A stretch of DNA of 61,549 bases, filler included, from Hausera hauseri (Eukaryota): NCBI GenBank assembly GCA_046269625.1. It is 10 parts of 10 records of this genome, joined end to end, with 100 filler letters (N's around TTAATTAATTAA, not from the genome) between each part and the next. Parts side by side here need not be neighbours in the genome. Positions count along the whole stretch, not along the records: positions 16,713 to 25,432 come from JBJURY010556562.1; positions 25,533 to 30,326 come from JBJURY010434361.1; positions 30,427 to 34,604 come from JBJURY010717880.1; positions 34,705 to 39,659 come from JBJURY010380036.1; 6 more parts are not named here. One strand, written 5' to 3'. The first letter of the stretch is position 1. The number at the start of each line of letters is the position of its first letter. The position numbers were made by a program, and so were the translations under genes. This document shows positions 23,677 to 35,699 of this stretch, piece after piece. The notes under the pieces were generated by a model. The model had not been told where the DNA came from. It saw only the letters and a program-made list of their open reading frames with translations, and ran no database searches.

Positions 23677-25382
23677 TTAGTGCATTGCGTACGACAGGGA
23701 TGTCGATGTTGCAAAAACACATTTGCACAGCGGACATTCAGTGAATATTTGTGGATACAACACGCCCTTTGACTTAGCGATGTTCCGTTTGTGTTTGATC
23801 ATGTCTTCGAAAAATATTGGCCAATAGTCACCTTCGAAATATGGAATTTCATGGACACTCTTGTTTGACTGACTGACGTCCTTGTAAATGCCATTGTAAT
23901 CATGAACAACCAATTCCTGCATGCCTTTATCGAGCATCTTCTGATACCATTCGATCAGTCGTTTGGATTTCGGTATTTTTAGATCAGGAGGATGGCTATG
24001 AAATATGTAGTCATCGCCTTCGTTCGGCGGACACGCTCAAATGTGTGCCATAACATAACCCAACTTCTTTACGTAATCCAAATACCCGATTAGAATTTCG
24101 TAGTAGACTTTTGTCCGGTGCTTTGATGGTTCGAAAAACCGAACAGAATCCAAATAGGCTAAGTAGACCCGCCGTCGATATGGGTCTGGAGAATCGGACC
24201 CGTATCCCTCAAATTCTCAAAAGCAAATATTGCTTTGGAACGATATGGAAACTGAGCTGGTAAACCGTCGTAATACGTTCTCATTCGTTTTTTAATATCT
24301 GTAAACTTCTGGACGTTAGACAGAACCATAATGATAACATTTTCTGCGAACAGTTCGTTCGTCTTTAAATAATCATTAATTCGTTTTTCTAAAAAATTAC
24401 TGAGTACACGCGTCGGCAATCGTCGTGCTGTGTACCTATTTTCCTTTTTCATGGACTTTTTGTTAGAACAAGCTCTACAGTAAAATGTTGGCCAGATTTC
24501 ATCTAAATGACAGGCGTAAACTTTGTGCCATTTACGTTTGCATTCACCGCAAATAACGAATTCTTGAATTTCAATGTTATTTCGCCGTTTTACCAATAGA
24601 TCCTTCTTGACGGTAAATAGTTCGTTTGATTCTCCAATAAACGAAACATTTGTTGCACTATCCGTAAAGCATTTTTCACAGCATAAATATGTTTCAACTG
24701 ATAAACTAGGATCTTTCAAGTCATCATTTTCATTTGGATATGCATAATACGCCGAATCCTTGGAAATCGTGCAAACTTGTGCTGTACAACAGACAAGCGT
24801 CAGTGGCTGACAAACTTCTTCCCGATCACAACAAAATCACAATTGTTTCATAATCACGTCCAATAAATGTTGTAGTTCCTGCACAACCTGATCCAGATTC
24901 TTCTTCAATTTTCTATTTTTTCTACTAAATACATACGCATTTTTCACAATCAAATTAATATCATCAACAATATCCCAAGGATTTACGTTATGACCATCGT
25001 TTAACTTTATACAAATGGACGAGAATAATATCGGTTTCGAAACAGATTTGTTGTATTTGGTCTTCGAATCAACTTGACTGAAAAATGACAGTTTATTCTT
25101 TATAAATTCAAAAAACAAGCCAAATGCCTGATAGAGTTCTTCCTTACTCCAAACTTTGACGACACTTTCTTCCCTTATATTTGTATTTGTTTGTTCTTCT
25201 TTGTTTTCTGTTTTTGCCGGTGTATTTATTGTCGTTCCTTCGTTTAGCAACAACTTTGGTTGAAATTCATATTCGCATTGTAGAATTTTCTGAGATTGAT
25301 TCAACTGATCCGTATCGAAATTGTTACTACCGTTATTCATGTTTTTCTGATGTAAAAATGAACCGTAATTGGATAAATCCAT
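23677..25382 (-). pseudogene. CREBBP/EP300: Divergent, disrupted CBP/p300-like acetyltransferase (bromodomain-RING/PHD-HAT)
   Basis: [92 protein letters not shown]; in-frame stops and an internal deletion; no introns. Confidence 0.9.
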
Positions 25383-25941
25383 TCGTTCTGGAACGGCAAT
25401 TTTTGGTGATTGCGAACTGAATTCCGGACAACNNNNNNNNNNNNNNNNNNNNNNNNNNNNNNNNNNNNNNNNNNNNTTAATTAATTAANNNNNNNNNNNN
25501 NNNNNNNNNNNNNNNNNNNNNNNNNNNNNNNNACAAAAGAAAAGTTCAACAATTTTCTCATATCATTAATCAGCATTACATTTTGCACGTCTCTCTGACT
25601 ATTTGTGTAAAACATTAGACATAGATTTCAGACAGTTTGTTGTCGAACAATCAATTGCCTTTTTCCAATGCATATAGTACAACTTTAAAAAATTAAATAA
25701 ATGGAAAATACTGATATTTATTCTTCGAATTATCAGTCTTTGATATCGAGTATTTATTCCATCATTCGAACAAATTCAATTTGATTAAACGTAATTATAT
25801 TTTTAATTATTTTGAATTATATTTTCATAACAAAAAACATGTTACCAAAAAATTACATCAACAAAATGAAGATCAAAATCTATTTATATCAAATCGAATA
25901 TTTCATAAGCAACTGTATTATGTTTCCTCAATCAAACCATT

Positions 25942-27033
25942 CTAGTACGAATGGTTTTTCACAAAAAGAGATTTTTCTCCAGCAGCTGTAGCCAAACTTC
26001 CTTCGAATTTACCAATAGCTGCATTTCCATTGGCAGCGGCCAAAGTTCTCAACTGATCCTGAGCAGCCTTCGTGTTCTCATTCTTTCCCTTCCAAACATC
26101 AAGAACCGATGCCTGAAGAGCTCTACCGAAGCTGAAAGTCAGTGCCCATGGTTTACGTCCTGGATATTTATTGATAGCATTCAAATTGATTGTGGCATCT
26201 GCCTCCGACTGACCACCAGATAAGAACGTTATTCCGGCAACTGCAGGGGGTACTGTTCGTTGCAGTGCAGCCACTGTTGCTGCAGCGATTTGTTCGGTTG
26301 AGTATTTTATCTCGCATGACTGTCCAGCAGTGACCATGTTTGGTTTCAACAGAGTTCCTTCAAGGTAGACATGATGATCCGCAAGTGCCTTGTACACAAA
26401 CACGAGAACTTGTTCAGTCACCTGCTGAGCTTCTTCAAGTGTGTGGCTGCCATCAGGAAGGACTTCCGGTTCCACAATGGGAACGATACCATTTTGCTGG
26501 CAAATCGATGCATATCTGGCCAGTACGTTTGCATTTGCGATCATTGCTTGATAACTGGGAGTTTGTGATGCGATTTTCAAAACGCATCTCCATTTTGCAA
26601 ATTGAATGCCGTCCATTTTGTACTGAGCACATCTCTCTGCAAGACTATCCAATCCTTGAGTGGTGACTTCATCATGAGAACCGGCCAGTGGAACAACTCC
26701 TTTGTCGACTTTTATTCCGGGAATGATTCCTCGTTCATGCAACAATTTCACCAGTGGAGTTCCGTCATCAGATTTCTGATAGAGAGTATCGTGGTACAAA
26801 ATGACACCGGAAATATATTTCTCGAGATTGTTGTCACCAGTAAACAGAAGTTGTCGATAGAGTCGACGATTTTCCTCGGTATTTTCAATGCCAATATTAT
26901 CGAATCTCTTTCCGATTGTCGCAATGCTTTCATCAGCTGCAAGAATTCCTTTGCCAGGTGCAACAATGGCATTGGCAATTTCTTTCAATTCAGTCTCTTG
27001 TTCGGTCGTCAAATATTTAGCAAATACCGGCAT
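25942..27033 (-). CDS. ALDO: Fructose-1,6-bisphosphate aldolase, class I; intact and intronless
   Basis: 363 aa; [39 protein letters not shown] (Schiff-base Lys), FLSGGQSE, C-terminal Tyr. Confidence 0.98.
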   Translation of the reverse strand: MPVFAKYLTTEQETELKEIANAIVAPGKGILAADESIATIGKRFDNIGIENTEENRRLYRQLLFTGDNNLEKYISGVILYHDTLYQKSDDGTPLVKLLHERGIIPGIKVDKGVVPLAGSHDEVTTQGLDSLAERCAQYKMDGIQFAKWRCVLKIASQTPSYQAMIANANVLARYASICQQNGIVPIVEPEVLPDGSHTLEEAQQVTEQVLVFVYKALADHHVYLEGTLLKPNMVTAGQSCEIKYSTEQIAAATVAALQRTVPPAVAGITFLSGGQSEADATINLNAINKYPGRKPWALTFSFGRALQASVLDVWKGKNENTKAAQDQLRTLAAANGNAAIGKFEGSLATAAGEKSLFVKNHSY

Positions 27034-28134
27034 ATTTCGTGAATACGTCCGACTAGAAAATTTCCATTTATATATTCAAAAATCAATCTAGTTTATTTTA
27101 ACACACTAATTATTACTTTCCCAATTATTACGCGAACATTTCGTAATATTCGCATAGTACTCGACGTTATTTACATGCTTAACGTGATATTTTAATTACT
27201 TTAAACTGTTCGGGATGTTTTGTATCGAACATGCAGCTCATGTTTTTAATATCTACTATTGCGTAATAATCAATATTCGGTTGAATGTGTTCGGTAAATG
27301 AACATTTTTTCGTTCAAATTTACACTACACAATATACATTCGTATTTTTGTAACATTTGTAACGCTCATATTTAGTTTGATGAGAAACGTTTATAAATAA
27401 AATAATCTTGCTCATACTGACCCAAGGTCATTTCAAATGTAATAATTTTTACCATTTTTTGCGATGCAATTAAAGTTTGCATTTTACTACGTACCTTATT
27501 TAAAGAAGTACAACGTTGAATCAAATTTTATTAATAATTTAAAAAAAATTTCACCTTTTGCACTTATTCAATCTCCTCCCACAGTATGCATAATTGTAGA
27601 AAAATCAAATATTCCAAAAATATTTGATTTGTAACGTATTCTCCAAGTTCTAAATGTATTCGACTTATTACCAATCGCATCGTAAATTGTTACTAACAAC
27701 CGAACGAATTTTACTGTAAATCTGGGATTTATAACAAATAGTCAGAGACCTAGTTGGTTAACATAGTGATCCAGTAACCCATTAACATGCATTTATTGAT
27801 CAAATATTCATAGTTCGATATTTACCAAAGTGAGGTGTACCACTATGTGCAGAAGTGCCGTCAAAAAATTCAAAAAACACAAAAGTATAATTATTTATTG
27901 TAAAAATGCCTATTTAAATATTGCTCATATTGAATCGTACTACTGGCGCTTTCTTCAAAGGAGTCGAGGTCTCAAAAATGTAACTGTTGTGGCCCTAAAT
28001 TTTAAATAAACATCAAATAATCATTGAGATCAAACAAACCAAAATCGATAAATGTTGTTTTTCATTTAAATCATCATCATGGGTCTCAATAATGGACGAA
28101 ACAATCACGGAGTCCATTACTGCCTAAAATAAAA

Positions 28135-29837
28135 TCAATAGTGCAATGTTGTACAAATTTCCATAAGTACATTATCAGTTCGGTCTTTGAGCTGCACGAC
28201 AATAGCTTCCAGTAATTTCATGTCGTTATATAGCTTTTGATTTATCGCATTCAGTTCATTGTTTTCTTTCACAGCTTGGTTTCTTTCTGCCATTATTTGA
28301 AAAACAACTCTTTCCAGTAATTCATTGGCACTGCATGAAATGTTGGAGCACGACTGCTGGTCGAATAATTTTGATGTTGATGTCTGAATGAGTTGTTTAA
28401 ATTTGGTAAAATTTGGTGAGGACTTTTTGGGAGAAAGACACTGCGTACCTTCCAAGGTTTAAATTTTATATGATAACAAGTCAATAATCGGTACATGACA
28501 AATCAAAACAATTCCATGAGAAATGACCAATTTTCTTACACACGTTGTTTACAGTTATGATTATCAAAAGTATTGTCATATAAATCGGATAGTAAAATAC
28601 AATCGATATAAATTGATTTAATCAGAATCATTTCTGAAATAATAAACCAAAAATTCTCTACTGATTCATCATGAATCATATGACTTCATCATTCTACTCT
28701 CGATAATATCGGCCTTTACTCATTGAGGACAAAATCAATGCAGTGTGTTGTAAGTTCAATAATTATAGTTTCTCAATGGAACCGTAATTTGAATTAAAAT
28801 ATTGATTTATACAAATTGATGTTAGTGAATAATTTAATGTTGTTAATGAGTGTCTTTCTCACGACTATCCAATAAAGCATCAAAATTACATTTTTATCAT
28901 GCATTTCAATACCAGAGCCATTTTCTTTCGGTGAATTTGGTTTATAATTATTTTGAAAGAATTCCAGTATTTCTTTGTTTGTTTTATTGCATTCTTCTGA
29001 AACTCTTAATCGATTTTCATAGTCCAGTTTTATATTTTTGATTTGTGTTTTTAACAGAGCAATAATTTCGGTTTTATCGCAAATCTCTCTTTTCACGGTT
29101 TCAATTTCTTTGCCCACTTGGTCAACTTTATCTTCATATTCATCGACATGCGCTGGGTAAAGGGCATTCAATCCAATAGAGTCAGAGGTCTTGTTGAGAT
29201 TTAATGGCGTATTTTGATCTTTAGTTTCCACCTCTGACGTACTTGTTCCGATTTCGTTGAAGTGCTTCTTCGGAACTTTAAGTTGGTAATTCTTTCGATA
29301 ATCCTCCAGCTTTTCTTTATCTTCCCTCTCAATTTCTTCAAAATCCCGAAGTCGATTCTCGTGGTCCATTTTCATATCTCGCATTTTTTTCTCCAGTTGT
29401 ACAATGATGTCAGTTTTATTGAAATTATCAGCCTTCAGTGAAATGTTTTCCTGATGTATTCGTTCCATTTCATCGTCATGTTCTTCTAAATACGATTGAT
29501 AAAGAATATTGAGTCCCACTGATTCGAAGCTTTGATTGAAATTTTGTTGATTATTTACACCACCGTTGTTGGCGAGGGATGTAACTCTTGAGTCGGATTC
29601 TTCGGATGATGAGCTGCTGAATTTGGTGTTTAGAAGGACTCTTTCAATACGGGTAAGATTTTTGATTATGGCAATTTGATTGGGAGTCAGTTTGTTGTCG
29701 TATTCGATCTCGATCATGCTGTCAGTGGACGACTTTTCATGACATATACCGGTCATTATTTGGCCAGCGATTTTCTCTAGGTGACGTTTTAATATTTTTT
29801 CGAATAACTGTTGCTGTTCTCTGATGGAACAAATCAA
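28135..29837 (-). CDS. Putative coiled-coil protein with an internal ~115-aa duplication; probably two exons
   Basis: ORFs 28794-29837 and 28135-28455; repeats SVGLNILY..KTDII..DHENRLR and SIGLNALY..KTEII..DYENRLR; start and splice sites uncertain. Confidence 0.55.
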
Positions 29838-30426
29838 TGGTTTTTATTTCAAAGTTAAAACTAACCTTTGACTTTCATTTTCAACTGTAGATTCTATATG
29901 GTACCCATTACTTGACTGAAAATGGAAAACAATTTATTATTGATTTATGCTTTCATAGTTACGAGATATTTACATTTTCGAAAGTCATGCTTCATTGGTT
30001 ATATTTTGTTATAATGTATTTCTTAAAAAACAAATTTAAATATGTCAAGGACAACATTTGTACATGAGCGATGCTAAAGTGCGACTTTACATTGGAGATT
30101 ATTCTGTAGTTCCGCTGGACAGGAATTGAGTACATTAGTTTCATCAAAGTAGATAGAATGGAGTGCACTGGCATACCACCATGGTCAATAATCAATAAAG
30201 TAATAAATCAATCAATAGTGTACAGTGCACCATCGATTTTAACACTTCGAAAGTGTGCTGCACTATTCGAATTCGGTGCAAATTTTCGAAAAATGGAAAA
30301 AAGATATAAAATATGTATTTTTGAATNNNNNNNNNNNNNNNNNNNNNNNNNNNNNNNNNNNNNNNNNNNNTTAATTAATTAANNNNNNNNNNNNNNNNNN
30401 NNNNNNNNNNNNNNNNNNNNNNNNNN

Positions 30427-32107
30427 CCTCAGCATCCAATGTTACTTTGTCCTTATCTCTAGGCGCAACCTCGGTATCTGCATCCAAATCTACGCTTGGA
30501 GGCGTAGTTGGCTTTGCCACTGGATTTAGGTTTTCCTTCCTGGTCATATTAGTATTCTTAGGCGCTACAGCCTTTTCGTATTCTGTTGTTGGTTCTCTTA
30601 ATCCATGATAAACTTCCATTTGATGCAAATTTTCTTTGTATTCCTTCCTAGCCTTGATTACTTGTGGATTATTAGATTCGCCCATATTTTTTACATACCT
30701 TTGTAAGTCTTGCATCCTAATAATCATGATTATGTCACCTCGTTTCCCGTAGATTCCTTTCAAATGATCTTTTATCATACTAGCTTTATTAGTCTCTGCA
30801 AATGATACACTCCGTGGATTAGGGCATGATCTAGCTATATGTCCTTCCTTACCGCATGAATAACAAATTAGGTTTCCATCTCGACCGATCCTTTGTCTTC
30901 CGTCCTCATTCACTGGCGATTTGGGTGTACCCATTGTTTTGCCTTGAGCTTGTTTATCAAATCCGCTATTTCTATTTTCAAAACTCCGACTGCCTATATA
31001 TCGACTTTTATTACTTCGGTCATTATTGTGGTTTCTATCCGGATTATAACCTGTTTTGTTATAAGGATTATATGTATTCAGATTATCATTAAAATTCCTA
31101 TTATTATATTTCGTGTTGCGATTGGAGGCGTTATGAGCTCTATTCTCATAGCCTCGGTCCTTATTATTTTCGTTAAATCTTTTATTGTTCCCTTTTTTCT
31201 CACGATTGTCACAATCATTATTTCGGTCATATCTCTCATTTTGTTTGGCATATTTATCTAATGCCATTTCCAAATTTTGAGCTAGCTGCAATGCAGTTTC
31301 GAAACTGTCTGGTCAAGCCAAAATCAGTTGCTTAACTAAATCTCTGGACCATATGCAGTTTATTAGCTGCGTTGTCATCATGACATCTAAACCTGGTGAA
31401 CTAGCCTTTTCTGCAGCTTCTCGTTCTGCCTCTGTCTTTGCCTTTGCAGAATTAGCTATTCTTAACGTGCTTACGTAGCTATTGGCTAGTTTCTTAAGCG
31501 CGAATGCAAATTGAGTAACCGATTCGCCTTTTTGTTGCATTCTATTCTGAAAAGCCATCAGCTTCTGTTGTGGCGTACCTGTCAGCAACAGTTTACGATT
31601 CAAAGCTCCTACTACAGAGGACCATGATTTCTTCTCTTCATTAGTCAATTCACTATAGGCATCTGCAGCCAGGTTTTTCAGGTATAATGATAATCGTTTA
31701 ATCATGACTTCGGGTGCAAGACTGGCTCCTTCTGCATGCAATTTGTAAATCCTTAGGAAATCATTTAACCCATCAGGGTCTCCGTCGTATGCGGATAAAT
31801 TCAACGAGTCAAACGTGAATATATCAAGTTTCTGAGCTATTGCTGGATTATCTGTTGCCATTTTAATTTTATTCGTTTTGTCTATCTTAGTTCTAGGAGG
31901 AACTTTAAATTCTCTAAGAGAGTTTAATTCGGCATCTGACAGATAGTGCTTATCTATTATCTTATCTTCAGTATAAAGTCTATTTCTTGTCTCTCTTTGA
32001 TTTAGTTCCTTTTGACCGTTTACTAACGAGTTTTGATTCAATTTGAGCCTATCAATGTTTGCTCTCAATTCAATTTTGTTAATCTCTTCTATCAACTTAT
32101 AATCCAA
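30427..32107 (-). pseudogene. gag: Gag with capsid-like domain and CCHC zinc knuckle
   Basis: YDGDPDGLNDFLRIY, RMQQKGESVTQFAFALKKLA, CYSCGKEGHIARSC; one break near 31300. Confidence 0.9.
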
Positions 32108-32218
32108 AATTTTAAACTCTCGATTCTTACTATATCTATTACTTGATGTAAATGGCGCTATTCACCGGTATGTCGTTAATTGGTTTCTCAAGAGTAAAGT
32201 CTAGCGAGGCACAAACTG

Positions 32219-32235
32219 TCCTGCTGGGGTCGCCA
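32219..32235 (-). promoter_or_regulatory. Primer-binding site TGGCGACCCCAGCAGGA (tRNA-Arg type likely)
   Basis: Lies 4 nt after the LTR end ...TGTAACA; begins TGG, complementary to tRNA CCA. Confidence 0.85.
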
Positions 32236-32239
32236 AGTA

Positions 32240-33226
32240 TGTTACAGTTGGGGTGGCCCTTATCTCCTCCCACTACAACAATATTATTCCAAGTTTTAAT
32301 CGTTGAATCAGCAGGTTAGGATTACTCGTTCTCGAGTAATCTGCTTGTGCCTTAATATTTTAGAAGAATTTGAGCTAAATGCGGGTACTGCGTGCGATTA
32401 GATGCTTGCTTCAAATTAAGAAAATCTTGTCTTAACTATGTGATTTTAAGTGATAATTTAACCTTAGTGGAGTACAAATCGTCCTTAAGGGACGATGGAA
32501 AACTATATGGGATTTTAACAACAATCGAATGAAAAATCACCTTTTTTTGATATATCAATATCACAATGTCTTCAAGAATCAATTTCACAACGATAATGTT
32601 AATAGCAGAATACGCTTTCTGAACAGATCAATATTTTCGTTTGTGACTGAATATTCGTTTTGTCCGACTCTAGGTCGTACATAAAATTCTCATTTTCTGA
32701 TTTTGGTGAACTGTTTATATAGTTTTTCGGCCGGATTTGACTTTGATTATTTACAATTTATTTTGCCTTATTTTTCATTGTAATTGAATTGTTCAGTGTT
32801 ATTTCGATTTACGCCGATACAAATTGATTATAACTTTGATAAACAATTACTAAAATTGTATATACAGTTTTGAATCAACAATATCAATTTAATAAACAAT
32901 TATTAAAATTTCGAATCAACAATTTGACGATCGCAGTTTAACTTAACTTGATCTGACAAGTAAAATTTTTTTGAATCGCATAGATACATGTCGATAATCC
33001 AAAGAACAAAAATCATTTATGTCAAAAATAAAAAAATGATTAACGGACTTTCACGGATTTCCCTAAATACCTAGCGAACGTTTTCGAAAGATATATGATA
33101 GTTGTATAATTACTACATACGAAAATCAGAATGTGAATATCAATTTAATCGTCTATATACTTACAGTTATGCGAAATGTATATAAACAATTATATTAAAT
33201 GTATTAATTGTGTCTAAGCTTGAACA
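32240..33226 (-). repeat. Putative 5' LTR (~1 kb), TGTT...AACA
   Basis: Inner end fixed by the PBS; outer end inferred from TGTTCA at 33226 beside the mariner; TATA-like ACTATATAAA near 32720. Confidence 0.65.
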
Positions 33227-33230
33227 TATA

Positions 33231-34464
33231 TTAAGGTGTGGCAAAAGTTTCCGGGTACTTTTATATAAAAATATTATTTTACAAATTCTATGGTCTACCA
33301 GAAAATTCTATACTTTTGTGTAAATGCATCAATTACATCCTTAATTCCAGAATTTTCCACGCAAGTAGATAGGCCACTGCAGCCGTTGCTTATTCGTTTT
33401 AAAGTATCGCAATGTGCGATGAAAAATTGCACTTCGAGTTCTTTTGTGTCACTATTGAAAAAAAGAGCTCAGCACAAGAGCTGCAGCCGAGGAAGTTTGT
33501 GCAGTGGAAGGTGAAGGGGTCGTTAACAAGACTACAGCGGCAGAATGGTTCAAGCGCTTCAATGAAGGTGACAAACTTCAAAGACAAACCCCGCTTCGGA
33601 CAACAAGGCACTGCTACAAGCAATGAAAAACCAGCCAACCACCAGTACACACAGATTGTCAGCAGAACTTGGCCTTCATTATTCCACCATTGATTGCCAT
33701 CTCCAGTAACTTTGGTTCCACAACAGACTCTGTCGAGAAATTCCACATGAATTGACTACAACGCAGGCTCAACGTCGTATGGACATCTGTCAACAACTCC
33801 TTGCTAATCCTCAGGATGGCCGATTCTGGAAACGAATTGTGACTGTGGATGAAAAATAGGTTTATTTAAACAATCCCTACAAGGACAATCAATGGTTAAT
33901 GACCAGTCAACCAGCAACCCCGATTGTTCGAAGAGGGTGGTTTGAAAAGAAGATTATGCTATGCGTCTAATGGAATTTTGAGGGAGTACTGCACTTCGAA
34001 CTCGTTCTAGAGGGTCATTCAACAAATGCTAACCTCTATTCTGAACGCGCTACCCTGCCTTGACCAGTCGGAGACGGGCACTTCTGCATGGCAATGCCTC
34101 AGCGCACACCGCAAGGACAACTCAGAAGAAGATCCAGGAGCTTGCCGACATTGAAGTCCTCCCTCATTCCCCATACAGTCCGGACCTCGCGACATCTGAC
34201 TATTACTTGTTTCTGTCGATGGCTCACTTTCTACGTGGACGCTAGTTCGAGAATGTCGAGGAGGTAGAAAATGGATGCGGCAAGATTTCAGCCTCGAAAT
34301 CAAAGTAATGGTATCGACATGGAATCGAGCAGTTGTCAAGAAGATGGATCCAAACAGTAGAAAACGATGACCTTTACTTTGACAGTTAATACTTATTTGT
34401 TTGTCATTTCGTGTGTTTGTAAAATATACATAGGAAGTTTCCGGAAACTTTTGCAACACCCTAG
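33231..34464 (+). mobile_element. Mariner (D,D34D) DNA transposon, decayed
   Basis: Imperfect TIRs TAAGGTGTGGCAAAAGTTTCCGG / CCGGAAACTTTTGCAACACCCTA; transposase remnants IVTVDEK, HGNASAH, HSPYSPDLATSDYYLF. Confidence 0.93.
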
Positions 34465-35699
34465 TTCTAGTTCAAAATCAGCCTAATGTATAAAAGTTTT
34501 GTGTTTAGATAAAATTGCGTCCTAATTTCCATTAGAATTCTAATGTATATATGAACATTAAAGTGGGTCGAAAAAATGAAAAATTAGAATATCGAAATGG
34601 AATANNNNNNNNNNNNNNNNNNNNNNNNNNNNNNNNNNNNNNNNNNNNTTAATTAATTAANNNNNNNNNNNNNNNNNNNNNNNNNNNNNNNNNNNNNNNN
34701 NNNNTGAGGGAGAACCCGCATAGGTATTTTAGGTCCTAAGGAAGCAAAATTCGACAAATGTTTAAGCGGGAACAAATAGGAAGTGCCACATTGTAACACG
34801 GGTCTTCCATTTCCGATTTCCGAAATTCGGTGCACAATTCGAATAAACATCGATTTTCACCGAATAGTATCGAATATCTTGACACCCATAAACTTTTTGA
34901 GAAATCTGAGAGCACCAATCGAGTCCCCGTGTCTTAACGCATTTATACAGCACTTTGGAGATGTGTCACATATGTGCAAGCATGCTTTAATAAATAATAA
35001 CGGTTTTCCGATAAAACCTATAAAGTTGATTTTAACACACAAGCAAGTGGAAATCGAAAAATGTGCAAGCGTAAGTAGATAGGAAGGTATATGTGAGGAA
35101 TCAGAATCAGGCGTCAGATATTCGAAAAGTCGAATACAAGTCAAACTTTTCGAATAATTGATTTTCTATTCGAATACAAACAAAAAGCGAAAAATGTAAA
35201 AGCGTAGAGGGATAGAAAACCATATATGGAGAATCCGAACATGATGTCAGATATTTGAAAAGAGGCTTAAATAAAAAAGCCGACTTTTCAATCGAATTCG
35301 AATATTCGAATAGTACCATCGGATTCCCCTTCTCCGAAAACCTTTGTAGACCAAAAATTGGGTATGCAAAGTATTTACAAGTGTCTCGAAATGAATAAAG
35401 CATGGACAACATCGATAATATTCGGTCAAGCATGCATTATTCGAAGAATGTGATGGATTTAATCGATTCTCCATGTATGAAAACCTATTTGGCGCCCAAG
35501 TGCATTTAATTTATTTTATGCATTAAACCAGAGTGTTCTAGAATGTTCGAAAATTTAAAATTTAAAAATTCATAAATGAGACAGTATACGTTGATATGCC
35601 TATACGTTTCATTATTTTCAAAATCACTTCCACGAATGGTGAGACTTTTATTTGTGCTCCTCAAATAATTGGCTGATTTTTAGATGTGAAATCTATAGA

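Larger units (their letters stand above)
30427..33226 (-). mobile_element. 5' part of family A gypsy element (LTR, PBS, gag)
   Basis: LTR, PBS and gag in order; contig start, reverse-complemented, matches positions 1-34 at 33/34 nt. Confidence 0.88.

Noticed and set aside
25942-27033. Intronless aldolase as a bacterial horizontal transfer
   Set aside because: The sequence is a typical animal class I aldolase in length and motifs
34705-35600. TTCGAA-rich AT-rich segment as a structured element
   Set aside because: No termini, periodicity or coding signal that I could support
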